NCBI GenBank assembly: GCA_046350595.1 | Contig: JAXMAC010000025.1 | Coordinates: forward strand, 5,230 to 29,229 | DNA length: 24,000 bases | Direction of reading: 5' to 3' | From: Candidatus Brocadiaceae bacterium | GTDB taxonomy: Bacteria; Planctomycetota; Brocadiia; Brocadiales; Brocadiaceae | In this document: positions 8,291 to 16,519 of the stretch, in pieces | How positions within the stretch are numbered: position 1 is the stretch's first letter | How the letters are laid out: each line of letters opens with the position of its first letter | Translations under genes and position numbers: made by a program | Notes under the pieces: model-generated | Seen by the model: only the letters and a program-made list of their open reading frames with translations | Told to the model about the DNA's origin: nothing | Database searches by the model: none

Positions 8291-8590
8291 ATGAGAATGG
8301 TTGGATTACTCATTGCAGCTATTATCGCTGTATGGGTTTATATTGACGCAAAGAATAGAGGCTACAAGACCCTTCCTGCTGTAGGCTGGATGCTTGGGGT
8401 ATTTTTGTTAATGATCGTGTTTTTGCCACTGTATTTGGTTCTGAGGGGAAGGCGACCGAAGAAGATGGATATTTTAATGCCGTGTAAATATTGTGGAAAA
8501 TATTATGAAGGAGCGCCGACCTACTGCCCTCATTGTGGGCATAAAGTAGGCGGATATTCGTTTAATAATAATGAGGGTAATAATATATGA
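8291..8590 (+). CDS. Small membrane protein with a C-terminal zinc-ribbon (CxxC-x12-CxxC), function unknown
   Basis: 99 aa. Two hydrophobic helices are followed by CKYCGKYYEGAPTYCPHCGHK. The stop overlaps the next gene's start (ATGA at 8587-8590). Confidence 0.55.
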   Translation: MRMVGLLIAAIIAVWVYIDAKNRGYKTLPAVGWMLGVFLLMIVFLPLYLVLRGRRPKKMDILMPCKYCGKYYEGAPTYCPHCGHKVGGYSFNNNEGNNI

Positions 8591-9027
8591 GTTTGAAAGA
8601 AAAAATAACAGAGGACCTAAAAACCTCCATGAAGGCGCAGAACAAATTAAGGACATCGGTATTACGTATGATGCTTGCCGACATTAAGATTGCCGATACC
8701 TCAGGTAAACCGAAAGACCAGATTGATTACGTGGAGGTCGTGCGCGGGTATCTCAAGAAACTCAAAAAGACACGCGAAGAGTATGAGAAACTCAACATCC
8801 CAGACAAAGTTAAAGAGCAGGAAGACGAAATTGCTATTGTTGAGGAATACCTTCCAAAGCAATTGTCTGATGACGAGATAAAAAAGATCGTGAACGAGGT
8901 CGTTGCGGCTGGTAAATTCACCGTTAAAGAGATGGGTATTGCGATGAAACAGGTTATGAGCAAGTACGGCAGCCTTGTTGATGGAAAAAAGGTACAGATG
9001 TTTTTAAAAGAGAAACTGGGAGCTTGA
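8587..9027 (+). CDS. GatB/YqeY domain-containing protein
   Basis: MSLKEKITEDLKTSMKAQNKLRTSVLRMMLADIK is the typical YqeY N-terminus. The length (146 aa) is typical for the family. Confidence 0.85.
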   Translation: MSLKEKITEDLKTSMKAQNKLRTSVLRMMLADIKIADTSGKPKDQIDYVEVVRGYLKKLKKTREEYEKLNIPDKVKEQEDEIAIVEEYLPKQLSDDEIKKIVNEVVAAGKFTVKEMGIAMKQVMSKYGSLVDGKKVQMFLKEKLGA

Positions 9028-9071
9028 CAATACTGAGCGCGCCAGAAAAACTGTTTGGAGGGAATTCATGC

Positions 9072-9485
9072 ATGGGTATTGTGTATGCCGAATTAATCTT
9101 AACCAATATTGAAGACATGGGGTTATTGAGAAGAAGTTACATTAAGGAAGAACAGGTAAGAAAAATGAAGGTGAATAGCCTTGTGGATTCAGGGGCTTAT
9201 ATGCTGGTAATTCCTGAGCATGTTAAATTACAGTTAGGCTTAGAAGTTGTTGAACAAAGGGAGGTAGAGTTGGCAGATGGAAAAACAAACCTCTGTGATG
9301 TTGTAGGTCCTGTTGAAATCAGGTTTGCAAATAGAAGGGCAGTGAGCAATGCCTTTGTTATGGGAAATGAAGTATTGCTGGGGGCAATTCCTATGGAGGA
9401 ATTGGATGTGGTTATTGACACGCGAAATCAAAAACTAATAGTGAACCCTGAAAATCCCACCATGCCTAAGATGAAGATAAAATAG
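9072..9485 (+). CDS. Retropepsin-like (clan AA) aspartic protease
   Basis: The catalytic-type motif LVDSGAYMLVIP (D-S-G) is followed by LQLGL and the size is ~137 aa. ATG 9072 is preceded by GGAGGG (9058-9063). The ORF-track start at 9024 is a TTG overlapping the yqeY stop and has no RBS. Confidence 0.65.
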   Translation: MGIVYAELILTNIEDMGLLRRSYIKEEQVRKMKVNSLVDSGAYMLVIPEHVKLQLGLEVVEQREVELADGKTNLCDVVGPVEIRFANRRAVSNAFVMGNEVLLGAIPMEELDVVIDTRNQKLIVNPENPTMPKMKIK

Positions 9486-9518
9486 GAAGAGATGGTTTAT
9501 CGATTTCTTCCTTTTTTG
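9484..9518. terminator. Intrinsic terminator hairpin between convergent genes, probably bidirectional
   Basis: Stem AGGAAGAGAT (9484-9493) pairs with ATTTCTTCCT (9503-9512) with one G-U pair. The loop is 9 nt and a T6 run follows (9512-9517). The opposite strand has a U-rich tail after the nrdJ stop. Confidence 0.65.
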
Positions 9519-9551
9519 TATCACGAAGGCCAAGAATATATTCCGTTTGGT

Positions 9552-11312
9552 TCAGTAATCTTTGCCTACAAGTTGTTTTGTGCAGGTGCATTCAATTGAA
9601 AGCGCTTGTGATACACGGCTTTTGTCTCTATATACCGTGATACCCTTACAACCGCTTCTATAGGCTAACAAGAATACCTTTTTGACATCGTCAACCGTTG
9701 CCTCTTTGGGGAAGTTAATGGTCTTGGAGACGCCACTATCAATATATTTCTGGCAGATGGACTGTATTTTTACATGATATTCCGGTGAGACATCTTGCGC
9801 AGTGATAAATATCTTTTTTACATCTTCGGGGATGGTTTTTGTATTTTGTATCGATCCTTCCTTTGTAATCCTTTCAATCAGCTTTTCCGAATAAAAACCC
9901 CGTCTCTTTGCGATTTCCAGGAAGTACGGGTGTATCTCTGAAAGACCGCCTTCTACGAGGACGTGTCGTGTATACGCAAGGGCAAATAAGGGTTCGATGC
10001 CGCTGGAACAATTGGCGATGATACTGATCGTGCCTGATGGCGCAATGGTGGTTCGGGTGGCGTTTCTATATCGCGGGCCATTCTTTTGTGCATAGATACT
10101 TTTCTGATAGTTTGGAAAGACGCCACGTTCTTCGGCAAGTTTCATGGATGCCTCGTTTGCCTTCTGTGATAAGAAACTCATGAGCTTGTCAGTAATCTGA
10201 ATAGCCTCTTCGGAATTATAAGGAATTTCGAGTTTGATAAGCAAATCAGCATACCCCATTATGCCCAGGCCTATCTTTCGGTTCCCCTTTGTGAGATGCT
10301 CGATTTGGGGGAGGGGGTATTTGTTCATATCGATGACATTGTCGAGAAAGTGTACCGCACGTTTGATTACTTTCTCAAAGTGATTCCAGTCAACTTCATA
10401 TCGACCCTTTTCAAGGGTAACCATTTTTGATAGATTGATAGAACCCAAAACGCACGCCTCGTAAGGAAGCAGTGGTTGTTCACCGCAGGGATTTGTTCCT
10501 TCAATTTCTCCAAAAATTGGGGTGGGATTGGCAGCATTGATGGTATCGAGAAAGAGGACGCCCGGTTCTCCGTTTTCCCATGCCGATTGTACTATGTGCG
10601 CAAAGAGCTCTGCTGCTTTCAGGATTTTTACAACGGTTTTTGTTCTTGGATTAATCAAAGGGAAATCCTGATGCTGTTCAACGGCTTGCATAAATGCATC
10701 GGTAATTCCGACTGAGATATTAAAATTTGTCAGGGTTCCCTCTGTTTGTTTAGCATGAATAAAGTCTATAATATCGGGATGGTCTACCCGTAAAACAGCC
10801 ATGTTTGCTCCGCGCCGAAAACCGCCCTGATTGATTGCCTCTGTGGCTTCATTAAAGACCTTCATGAAGGAAAGAGGACCACTGGAACGCCCGCTTGAAG
10901 AACCTACGATGTCGTTTTTTGGTCGTATACGGGAAAACGAAAATCCCGTGCCGCCGCCGCTTTTGTGAATGAGGGCGGCGTGCTTTACGGTATCAAAGAT
11001 GCTTTCGATGGAATCATCTATGGGAAGCACAAAACAGGCTGCTAATTGTTGCAGGTCTCGTCCCGCATTCATCAAGGTGGGGGAGTTAGGCATAAACTGA
11101 AGGGTACTTAAAAGGTCGTAAAATTGTTCTGTAAGAGATATAATATCGGCCTTTTCGTTATAAAGCAAGTCTGCCGATGCAATGTTTTTGGCTATGCGTC
11201 GGAACATATCTTCCGGAGATTCGACCGAACGACCTGATGCGTCTTTTTTTAAGTACCTTTTTTCGAGGACAAGGCGTCCATTGGGTGATAAGGGAATGGT
11301 CTTTATCGTCAT
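9552..11312 (-). CDS. nrdJ: Ribonucleotide reductase, class II (adenosylcobalamin-dependent)
   Basis: 586 aa. The N-terminus VLEKRYLKKD...SPEDMFRRIAKNIA and the active-site loop GTNPCGEQPLLPYEACVLGS are typical of class II RNR. The C-terminus is Cys-rich (SIECTCT). It is too short for a class I alpha subunit. Confidence 0.82.
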   Translation of the reverse strand: MTIKTIPLSPNGRLVLEKRYLKKDASGRSVESPEDMFRRIAKNIASADLLYNEKADIISLTEQFYDLLSTLQFMPNSPTLMNAGRDLQQLAACFVLPIDDSIESIFDTVKHAALIHKSGGGTGFSFSRIRPKNDIVGSSSGRSSGPLSFMKVFNEATEAINQGGFRRGANMAVLRVDHPDIIDFIHAKQTEGTLTNFNISVGITDAFMQAVEQHQDFPLINPRTKTVVKILKAAELFAHIVQSAWENGEPGVLFLDTINAANPTPIFGEIEGTNPCGEQPLLPYEACVLGSINLSKMVTLEKGRYEVDWNHFEKVIKRAVHFLDNVIDMNKYPLPQIEHLTKGNRKIGLGIMGYADLLIKLEIPYNSEEAIQITDKLMSFLSQKANEASMKLAEERGVFPNYQKSIYAQKNGPRYRNATRTTIAPSGTISIIANCSSGIEPLFALAYTRHVLVEGGLSEIHPYFLEIAKRRGFYSEKLIERITKEGSIQNTKTIPEDVKKIFITAQDVSPEYHVKIQSICQKYIDSGVSKTINFPKEATVDDVKKVFLLAYRSGCKGITVYRDKSRVSQALSIECTCTKQLVGKDY

Positions 11313-11327
11313 AAAGTTTCATGAAAA

Positions 11328-11356
11328 ATTATAATAAACAGAAATAGGTGTTTCAA
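11328..11356 (-). promoter_or_regulatory. Near-consensus sigma70 promoter TTGAAA-17-TATAAT for nrdJ, giving a very short SD-less leader
   Basis: On the minus strand the -35 TTGAAA lies at 11356-11351, the spacer is 17 nt, and the -10 TATAAT lies at 11333-11328. Only 15 nt separate the -10 from ATG (11312) and no SD is present. Confidence 0.55.
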
Positions 11357-11365
11357 ACCAGTCAT

Positions 11366-11394
11366 GTAGTGGGCAAGGCGCGCCTTGCCACTAC
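11366..11394. repeat. REP-like GC-rich palindrome GTAGTGGGCAAGGCG/CGCCTTGCCACTAC
   Basis: A near-perfect inverted repeat with one unpaired G. It shares the frame GTAG-N3-CAAGGC-N2/3-GCCTTG-N3-CTAC with the element at 11470-11498. Confidence 0.6.
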
Positions 11395-11469
11395 GTTGTT
11401 ATAGAAGTCGCCGAATGCCTAATTAAATCGCACAGGAATTTTCATTTTATTTATGCGGTTTTTCACTTG

Positions 11470-11498
11470 GTAGAGACAAGGCAATGCCTTGTCTCTAC
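11470..11498. repeat. REP-like palindrome GTAGAGACAAGGCA-A-TGCCTTGTCTCTAC
   Basis: Perfect 14-bp arms. It lies 20 nt downstream of the queA stop on the minus strand and has no U-tract. It is the second member of the same motif family as 11366-11394. Confidence 0.6.
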
Positions 11499-11518
11499 AT
11501 AAATAACTTGTGTATGAG

Positions 11519-12595
11519 TTAAATGATTATCATACAATCGCCATAGCTAAAGAAACGGTAACCTTCCCTGATGGCAGTTTCGTAAGCGTTCATGATATTA
11601 CTCCTCCCTGCAAAGGCTGAAACGAGCAGTAATAATGTGGTTTTCGGGAGATGAAAATTCGTTATCAGGATGTCAACGTGTTTAAAATCGTAGGGAGGGT
11701 AAATAAATAAATTTGTCCAGCCAGAAAGTTGTGGTGTTCCATTATTTCCGGCAATTGTTTCAAGAACACGGCAGGAAGTGCTTCCCGTTGCAATCACTCG
11801 CCCTTTTTGCTCTCTGGTCTTTTTTATCTTCCGGATAATCTCTTCGGGACATTCGTAGTATTCTCTGTGCATGTGATGATCCCGGATATCGTCTGTTTTT
11901 ATAGGAAGAAACGTGCCTATGCCCACATGGAGGGTGATGTATGCTATTTCAACCCCTGAATGCTTTATCTTTGCAAGGGTTTCAGGGCTGAAATGCAGCC
12001 CTGCCGTAGGGGCAGCAATGGCGCCCTCCTTTTGAGCAAATACCGTCTGGTAACGTTCCCTGTCAAAGGGGGATAACAGGTCATTATTTTTGGCTCGCTT
12101 TATATAAGGGGGAAGAGGCATTCTCCCAATTTGATGGAGGAGTTCCTTTATGTTTGTATCGCTGTTGAAAATAAGAGTCCACGAACCATCTTCAAATTTT
12201 TCAGAGAGATGAAAAGATAGTGTGTCATGGTTAATATTAATTATCTCGCCTTTTCTTAATTTTGCATTTGATTTGATAAACGCCCTCCAACGATTTTTTT
12301 CCTGCTCCTCGATCAATAATAATTCAACGGAAGCCCCGCTGGGTTTTTTCCCGATGATTTGTGCCGGCATAACCTTTGTGTTATTCAGAACTAACAAATC
12401 TCCGGCTAACAGATAGTTTGTTATCTCGTGAAATTTCCGATGTTCTATTTTGCCGGTATCCCGATGCAAGACGAGGAGCCGGGCGTCATCTCTGTTTCCT
12501 AAAGGTTTTTGGGCGATTAATTCCCTGGGAAGATGGTAGTCATACCAGGATAATTGGGTACAAATTTCTTGCGATTTAGATATGGGGATATTCAT
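11519..12595 (-). CDS. queA: S-adenosylmethionine:tRNA ribosyltransferase-isomerase (queuosine biosynthesis)
   Basis: 358 aa. WYDYHLPRELIAQKP...DDARLLVL, MPLPPYIKR and AAPTAGLHF are QueA hallmarks. Confidence 0.9.
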   Translation of the reverse strand: MNIPISKSQEICTQLSWYDYHLPRELIAQKPLGNRDDARLLVLHRDTGKIEHRKFHEITNYLLAGDLLVLNNTKVMPAQIIGKKPSGASVELLLIEEQEKNRWRAFIKSNAKLRKGEIININHDTLSFHLSEKFEDGSWTLIFNSDTNIKELLHQIGRMPLPPYIKRAKNNDLLSPFDRERYQTVFAQKEGAIAAPTAGLHFSPETLAKIKHSGVEIAYITLHVGIGTFLPIKTDDIRDHHMHREYYECPEEIIRKIKKTREQKGRVIATGSTSCRVLETIAGNNGTPQLSGWTNLFIYPPYDFKHVDILITNFHLPKTTLLLLVSAFAGRSNIMNAYETAIREGYRFFSYGDCMIII

Positions 12596-12799
12596 AAACG
12601 CTCATAATATCAGTTTGTTAATTATAATCAAGAGGTATACACAGGGGAAGTTAAAAAAAAATTTGTAAAACATAAAATTTAAAAAAAAATGGAAAAAAAT
12701 ATACATACTACATATAGAAATGGTTAATTAGTAAGATACAACATATTCGAATTATATTAGATTTTAAAGACGTTGTTTTTGGGAGGAAAAAAATAGTGC

Positions 12800-12827
12800 T
12801 TGACAATTTCTAAAAAAAGATTAATGT
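12800..12827 (+). promoter_or_regulatory. Candidate dcw promoter (Pmra-like) TTGACA-16-TAATGT
   Basis: TTGACA at 12800-12805, a 16-nt A-rich spacer, then TAATGT at 12822-12827. It sits in an A-tract-rich divergent region between queA and mraZ. Confidence 0.5.
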
Positions 12828-12838
12828 CTTAGCAATTT

Positions 12839-12863
12839 GTGGTATTAAGTGGTGAAAAGTGGG
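12839..12863 (+). promoter_or_regulatory. Three direct repeats GTGGT/GTGGT/GTGGG at exact 10-bp phasing; MraZ-box-like operator
   Basis: GTGGT at 12839-12843, GTGGT at 12849-12853 and GTGGG at 12859-12863, each followed by a 5-nt A-rich spacer. The array lies between the candidate -10 and the mraZ ATG. This matches the published E. coli arrangement of three TGGGN repeats with 5-nt spacers. Confidence 0.6.
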
Positions 12864-12879
12864 GAAAAGGGATAACCGA

Positions 12880-13353
12880 ATGTTCACCGGTGAGTACCAT
12901 CACACAATTGATGACAAAAATAGGCTAGCCATACCAGCCGCTCTTCGCGAAGGTATAGATACGAAGACGGATGGAAAGGGGTTTTTCGTAACCCGTGGGC
13001 TTGATACATGTCTTTTTATGTATACGCCCAGGGTATGGCAGGGCGTCGTTTCAAAAATTGAACAACTCTCCTTTACCAATAAGAAGGCGCGTCAATTCCA
13101 GCGTCTCTTTTTCTCTAAGGCACAGAAGATTCCCGAATGTGACCAGCAGGGGCGTATATTGATTCCTCAATATCTGAAAGAGCTTGCCAGGATTCAGAAA
13201 AATGTAGTGATTGTGGGAGTAAGTAGTCGTATTGAGATTTGGAATGAAAACAGCTGGAAGGATTTTGAAACAGAACACAATGCGGCATACGAAGAAATTG
13301 CGGAAGAGCTCTTCCACATAAAGAATCCTTCTGTTGATATTGATATAGAATAA
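12880..13353 (+). CDS. mraZ: Division/cell wall cluster transcriptional regulator MraZ
   Basis: MFTGEYHHTIDDKNRLAIPA is the canonical MraZ N-terminus. There are two DxxxR motifs (DDKNR, DQQGR) and VVIVGVSSRIEIW. The ORF-track GTG start at 12859 lies inside the repeat array, so the ATG at 12880 with AAAGGGA upstream is preferred. Confidence 0.92.
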   Translation: MFTGEYHHTIDDKNRLAIPAALREGIDTKTDGKGFFVTRGLDTCLFMYTPRVWQGVVSKIEQLSFTNKKARQFQRLFFSKAQKIPECDQQGRILIPQYLKELARIQKNVVIVGVSSRIEIWNENSWKDFETEHNAAYEEIAEELFHIKNPSVDIDIE

Positions 13354-13385
13354 ATGCGATTCCCTCTCTAGAGAGAAGAAATTCA

Positions 13386-14285
13386 ATGGGTGATGAAACA
13401 AACGGTCTTCCTCATGTACCAGTAATGGTAGAAGAGGTAGTGAATTACTTGCATTTGCAATCGGGACAGCGCATTGTGGACTGTACGGTAGGCGCCGGAG
13501 GGCATGCAATCAAGATAATGGATAAAATCAAGCCTGGTGGAATATTAATTGGCATTGATAGGGACGCTGAAATATTAGACATAGCCGGGCACTATTTGGA
13601 AAAAACGGGAAGTGCATTCAAACTTTTCCATGAAGATTATGCAAATGTAGATGAAGTGTTGCGCCAGGCGGGAATTGATAAGGTTGATGGAGTCCTGGTT
13701 GATTTGGGAGTATCCTCTCTGCAATTTGACCAGCCGGACCGTGGTTTTAGTTTTTCAAAAGAAGGGCCGCTTGATATGAGAATGGATCGTTCACGGGGCG
13801 TTACTGCCCGGGATCTCATCAGGAGGCTCTCTGAACAGGAGTTGCAAACGTTATTCTGGAAGTATGGCGAAGAACGATGGTCACGGAGGATTGCAAAAGC
13901 TATCTGGAACGAGCGACGGAAGGGTAATATTAATTCAACAAGGGATTTGGCCGCAATAATCGAGAGAGTTGTTCCGCGTGGGAGGTGCACAATCCATCCG
14001 GCAACACGGGCTTTTCAGGCATTAAGAATTGCCGTTAATAAAGAACTGGAAGGGTTAGAGATTTTTTTGAATAAAATTCATAATTTTATGACCGTGGGAG
14101 CTCGTATTGTAATTATAAGTTTTCATTCGCTTGAAGACCGTATTGTAAAGCACGCATTTATTGAGAAGGCGAAACAGAATATATTCAGGGTAATAACCAA
14201 GAAGCCTGTAATTCCAAAAGACACTGAAATGGCAGAAAATGTCAGGTGCAGGAGTGCAAAGCTCAGGGTTGCGGAGAGGATTTGA
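13386..14285 (+). CDS. rsmH: 16S rRNA (cytosine1402-N4)-methyltransferase RsmH (MraW)
   Basis: HVPVMVEEV, DCTVGAGGHA, DLGVSSLQFD and SFHSLEDRIVK are present. It occupies the second position of the dcw cluster. Confidence 0.92.
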   Translation: MGDETNGLPHVPVMVEEVVNYLHLQSGQRIVDCTVGAGGHAIKIMDKIKPGGILIGIDRDAEILDIAGHYLEKTGSAFKLFHEDYANVDEVLRQAGIDKVDGVLVDLGVSSLQFDQPDRGFSFSKEGPLDMRMDRSRGVTARDLIRRLSEQELQTLFWKYGEERWSRRIAKAIWNERRKGNINSTRDLAAIIERVVPRGRCTIHPATRAFQALRIAVNKELEGLEIFLNKIHNFMTVGARIVIISFHSLEDRIVKHAFIEKAKQNIFRVITKKPVIPKDTEMAENVRCRSAKLRVAERI

Positions 14286-14286
14286 T

Positions 14287-14658
14287 ATGGGTGTATCAAG
14301 GATATTATTAGTATTTGCAATTGTCATAGGAATGGCGATATTTGTAGTATGGGAACGGAATGAAGTTATAGGGATAGGGTATCAGGTGGCTGCTTTGCAA
14401 AAGAATTGTGAAGAGTTAATAGAAAAAAACAGGAAGTTGGAATACCATGTAAAACGTCTCAAATCACCTGAAATTATCGCCAATAAGGTACAATTACTCA
14501 GATTGCAGCTTGTTCCACGGGAAGAAACGGCAGGCATTATTATGATGGGTCAAACGAAGTACAAAGAGAACATGCTGAATGCTGTGAAGGCGAGTTCAAA
14601 TAAAGGTTTGTATACGCAAAAAAATCCTTATTCGGATTGTTGTTCGTTGCACAATTAA
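14287..14658 (+). CDS. ftsL: FtsL-like small bitopic cell-division protein (TM helix plus coiled coil)
   Basis: 123 aa. The N-terminal TM segment is ILLVFAIVIGMAIFVVW, followed by a heptad-like region (VAALQKNCEELIEKNRKLEYHVKRL). It sits between rsmH and ftsI. ATG 14287 has the SD GGAGAGGA and lies 1 nt after the rsmH stop. The assignment rests on position and architecture, not sequence identity. Confidence 0.6.
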   Translation: MGVSRILLVFAIVIGMAIFVVWERNEVIGIGYQVAALQKNCEELIEKNRKLEYHVKRLKSPEIIANKVQLLRLQLVPREETAGIIMMGQTKYKENMLNAVKASSNKGLYTQKNPYSDCCSLHN

Positions 14659-14797
14659 GATATACACAAAAAGTAGTTTATGGAATGCCCTCCTCCCGGA
14701 TGCTTTCGGGGCAAATGTTTACTTGTCTCGAAAGCGTCCGTAAAATTTGATATAAGAATGAATAATGGTAAGTGTTTAAATTTTTGGAATTATTAAC

Positions 14798-16519
14798 GTG
14801 CCTCCTTTAAAAAGACATAAATTTCTATTGAATGTTATTGGGTGCGTTCTCGTCATCGCATTTATTGCGCTTGCTGTGCACCTCGGGCGAATTCAGGTCG
14901 GAAGCCATGATGAATTCAGCAAAAAGGCCAGGGGGCAGCAGTGCAAAAAAATTGAATTGCCGGCGAGAAGAGGCTCGATTCTGGACCGCAACGGAAATAC
15001 CCTTGCCGAATCTTTACGGGTTACTTCAGTTTATGCAGACCCGGCAGAAGTTGAGGATGTTTCTGCCGTATCATATCAATTGAGCAGGGTCTTAAAGATT
15101 AACTCATCAAAAATAGCAAAGCTGCTGAATAAAGGCAAACGGTTTGTCTGGATTAAACGAAGGGTCGGGGATGACGAGCTTGCCGCTGTTTCAAAATTGT
15201 CTTTAAAAGGGATATATACGACCTGCGAGTATCATCGTTTTTATCCGCGCAAACAACTGGCCAGCCATATTCTTGGTTTTACCGATATTGACGGAAGGGG
15301 ACTCGAAGGCATTGAGTTGTTATTTGACAACACGTTATCCGGTGAAGCTGGATATAAACTTGTTGATCGTGATGCGTTACAGCGCCCCATTGCAACCCCG
15401 GATGCAGAGGTAAAGTTACCCAGGCATGGGAATGGGGTTATGCTTACCATTGACGCAAATATTCAGCGTTTTGCTGAAGAAGAATTAGATGCTGCGTGCT
15501 TGAAATGGGAGCCACTCTCAGCAACGGCAGTGGTAATGGACCCCATGACAGGTGAGGTATTAGCAATGGCTAATTACCCGTCGTATGATCCAAATCATTT
15601 CATGAAATATCCATCAAAGAACAGGAGAAATTTCGCTGTTACTGATTGTTATGAGCCTGGTTCGGTCATGAAACCTATTGTTATTTCAGGGATATTTGAG
15701 CAGTGTCCAGTAAGACCAGATGATGTGATTTTTTGCAACAACGGCGTCTGTGAACTGGAGGGAAGGATTCTTCACGATACCCATGGCGGTCATGGCAATC
15801 TTACTGTTTCTGAGGTTGTTTCCTATTCAAGTAATATTGGAATGGCCAAATTGGGCCTGTTGATGGGAAACGAAAGGATGTACAATTATCTTAAGCAATT
15901 TAATTTTGGAGAAAAGACAGGTATTGAATTACCTGGAGAAATCGGGGGAATTTTTCGTCCCCTGAAGCAATGGTCAAAAAAGTATTCACTCATATCTGTT
16001 TCTATCGGGCATGAAATCGCCGTAACACCACTCCAATTTGTCACTGCATTCTGCAGCATTCCTAATGGCGGGTTATTACTCAAACCAAAAATCATAAAAT
16101 CAACGATAAAGAACGACAATACCATAAAAGAACAATTTCCCAGTTCGCAGGTTGTCCGACGTGTAATCAACGCAAATATTGCGCGAAATGTCATGAATCC
16201 CATCCTGATGAAAGTTGTCACAGAAGGGACGGGAAAAAATGCAAATCTTCTGGAATATGACGTTGCTGGTAAGACAGGAACGTCACAAAAGGCTGGTGTT
16301 GACGGGAAAAGTTATTCTCATCAAAAATACGTTGGCTCTTTTATAGCGTATGCACCGGCTGGTCATCCGCGGGTTTGTGTGCTGGTAATGATGAACGAAC
16401 CTAAAAATGGCGCATATTATGGTGGCACTGTTTCAGCGCCTGTTGTGGCAGAAATCATCAGGCGGTCGCTTCTTTATCTTGGTGTCGAACCATCAAAGTT
16501 TCAATTGGCTATGCAATAG
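14798..16519 (+). CDS. ftsI: Penicillin-binding protein (class B transpeptidase), FtsI/PBP3-like
   Basis: 573 aa with a GTG start and an N-terminal TM anchor. The transpeptidase motifs are SxxK (SVMK), SxN (SSN) and KTG (KTGT). dcw context. Confidence 0.88.
   Translation: MPPLKRHKFLLNVIGCVLVIAFIALAVHLGRIQVGSHDEFSKKARGQQCKKIELPARRGSILDRNGNTLAESLRVTSVYADPAEVEDVSAVSYQLSRVLKINSSKIAKLLNKGKRFVWIKRRVGDDELAAVSKLSLKGIYTTCEYHRFYPRKQLASHILGFTDIDGRGLEGIELLFDNTLSGEAGYKLVDRDALQRPIATPDAEVKLPRHGNGVMLTIDANIQRFAEEELDAACLKWEPLSATAVVMDPMTGEVLAMANYPSYDPNHFMKYPSKNRRNFAVTDCYEPGSVMKPIVISGIFEQCPVRPDDVIFCNNGVCELEGRILHDTHGGHGNLTVSEVVSYSSNIGMAKLGLLMGNERMYNYLKQFNFGEKTGIELPGEIGGIFRPLKQWSKKYSLISVSIGHEIAVTPLQFVTAFCSIPNGGLLLKPKIIKSTIKNDNTIKEQFPSSQVVRRVINANIARNVMNPILMKVVTEGTGKNANLLEYDVAGKTGTSQKAGVDGKSYSHQKYVGSFIAYAPAGHPRVCVLVMMNEPKNGAYYGGTVSAPVVAEIIRRSLLYLGVEPSKFQLAMQ

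Noticed and set aside
8675-8881. 68-aa plus-strand ORF in an alternate frame inside yqeY
   Set aside because: It is fully nested in a well-supported CDS, Arg/Ser/Thr-rich, and lacks an RBS.
11313-11518. Possible cobalamin riboswitch or NrdR box upstream of nrdJ
   Set aside because: I could not find a B12-box-like conserved core or an NrdR-type 16-bp palindrome pair. A strong promoter sits 15 nt from the ATG, leaving no room for a riboswitch. An Infernal or Rfam scan would settle this.
12596-12799. Very AT-rich, poly-A-tract region between queA and mraZ, considered as a possible insertion scar or replication-related element
   Set aside because: There are no DnaA-box-like repeats, inverted terminal repeats or direct-repeat flanks. 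It is most simply a curved divergent promoter region.
13051-13509. 152-aa minus-strand ORF spanning the mraZ-rsmH junction
   Set aside because: It is antisense to two strongly supported genes. The same reasoning applies to 5386-5832, 13637-13990, 15886-16221, 18147-18506 and 20789-21181.
14239-14286. Upstream start for the FtsL-like ORF, overlapping rsmH by 47 nt
   Set aside because: The extension (MSGAGVQSSGLRRGFD) is just the alternate frame of the rsmH 3' end. ATG 14287 has a GGAGAGGA SD and begins right at the TM segment.
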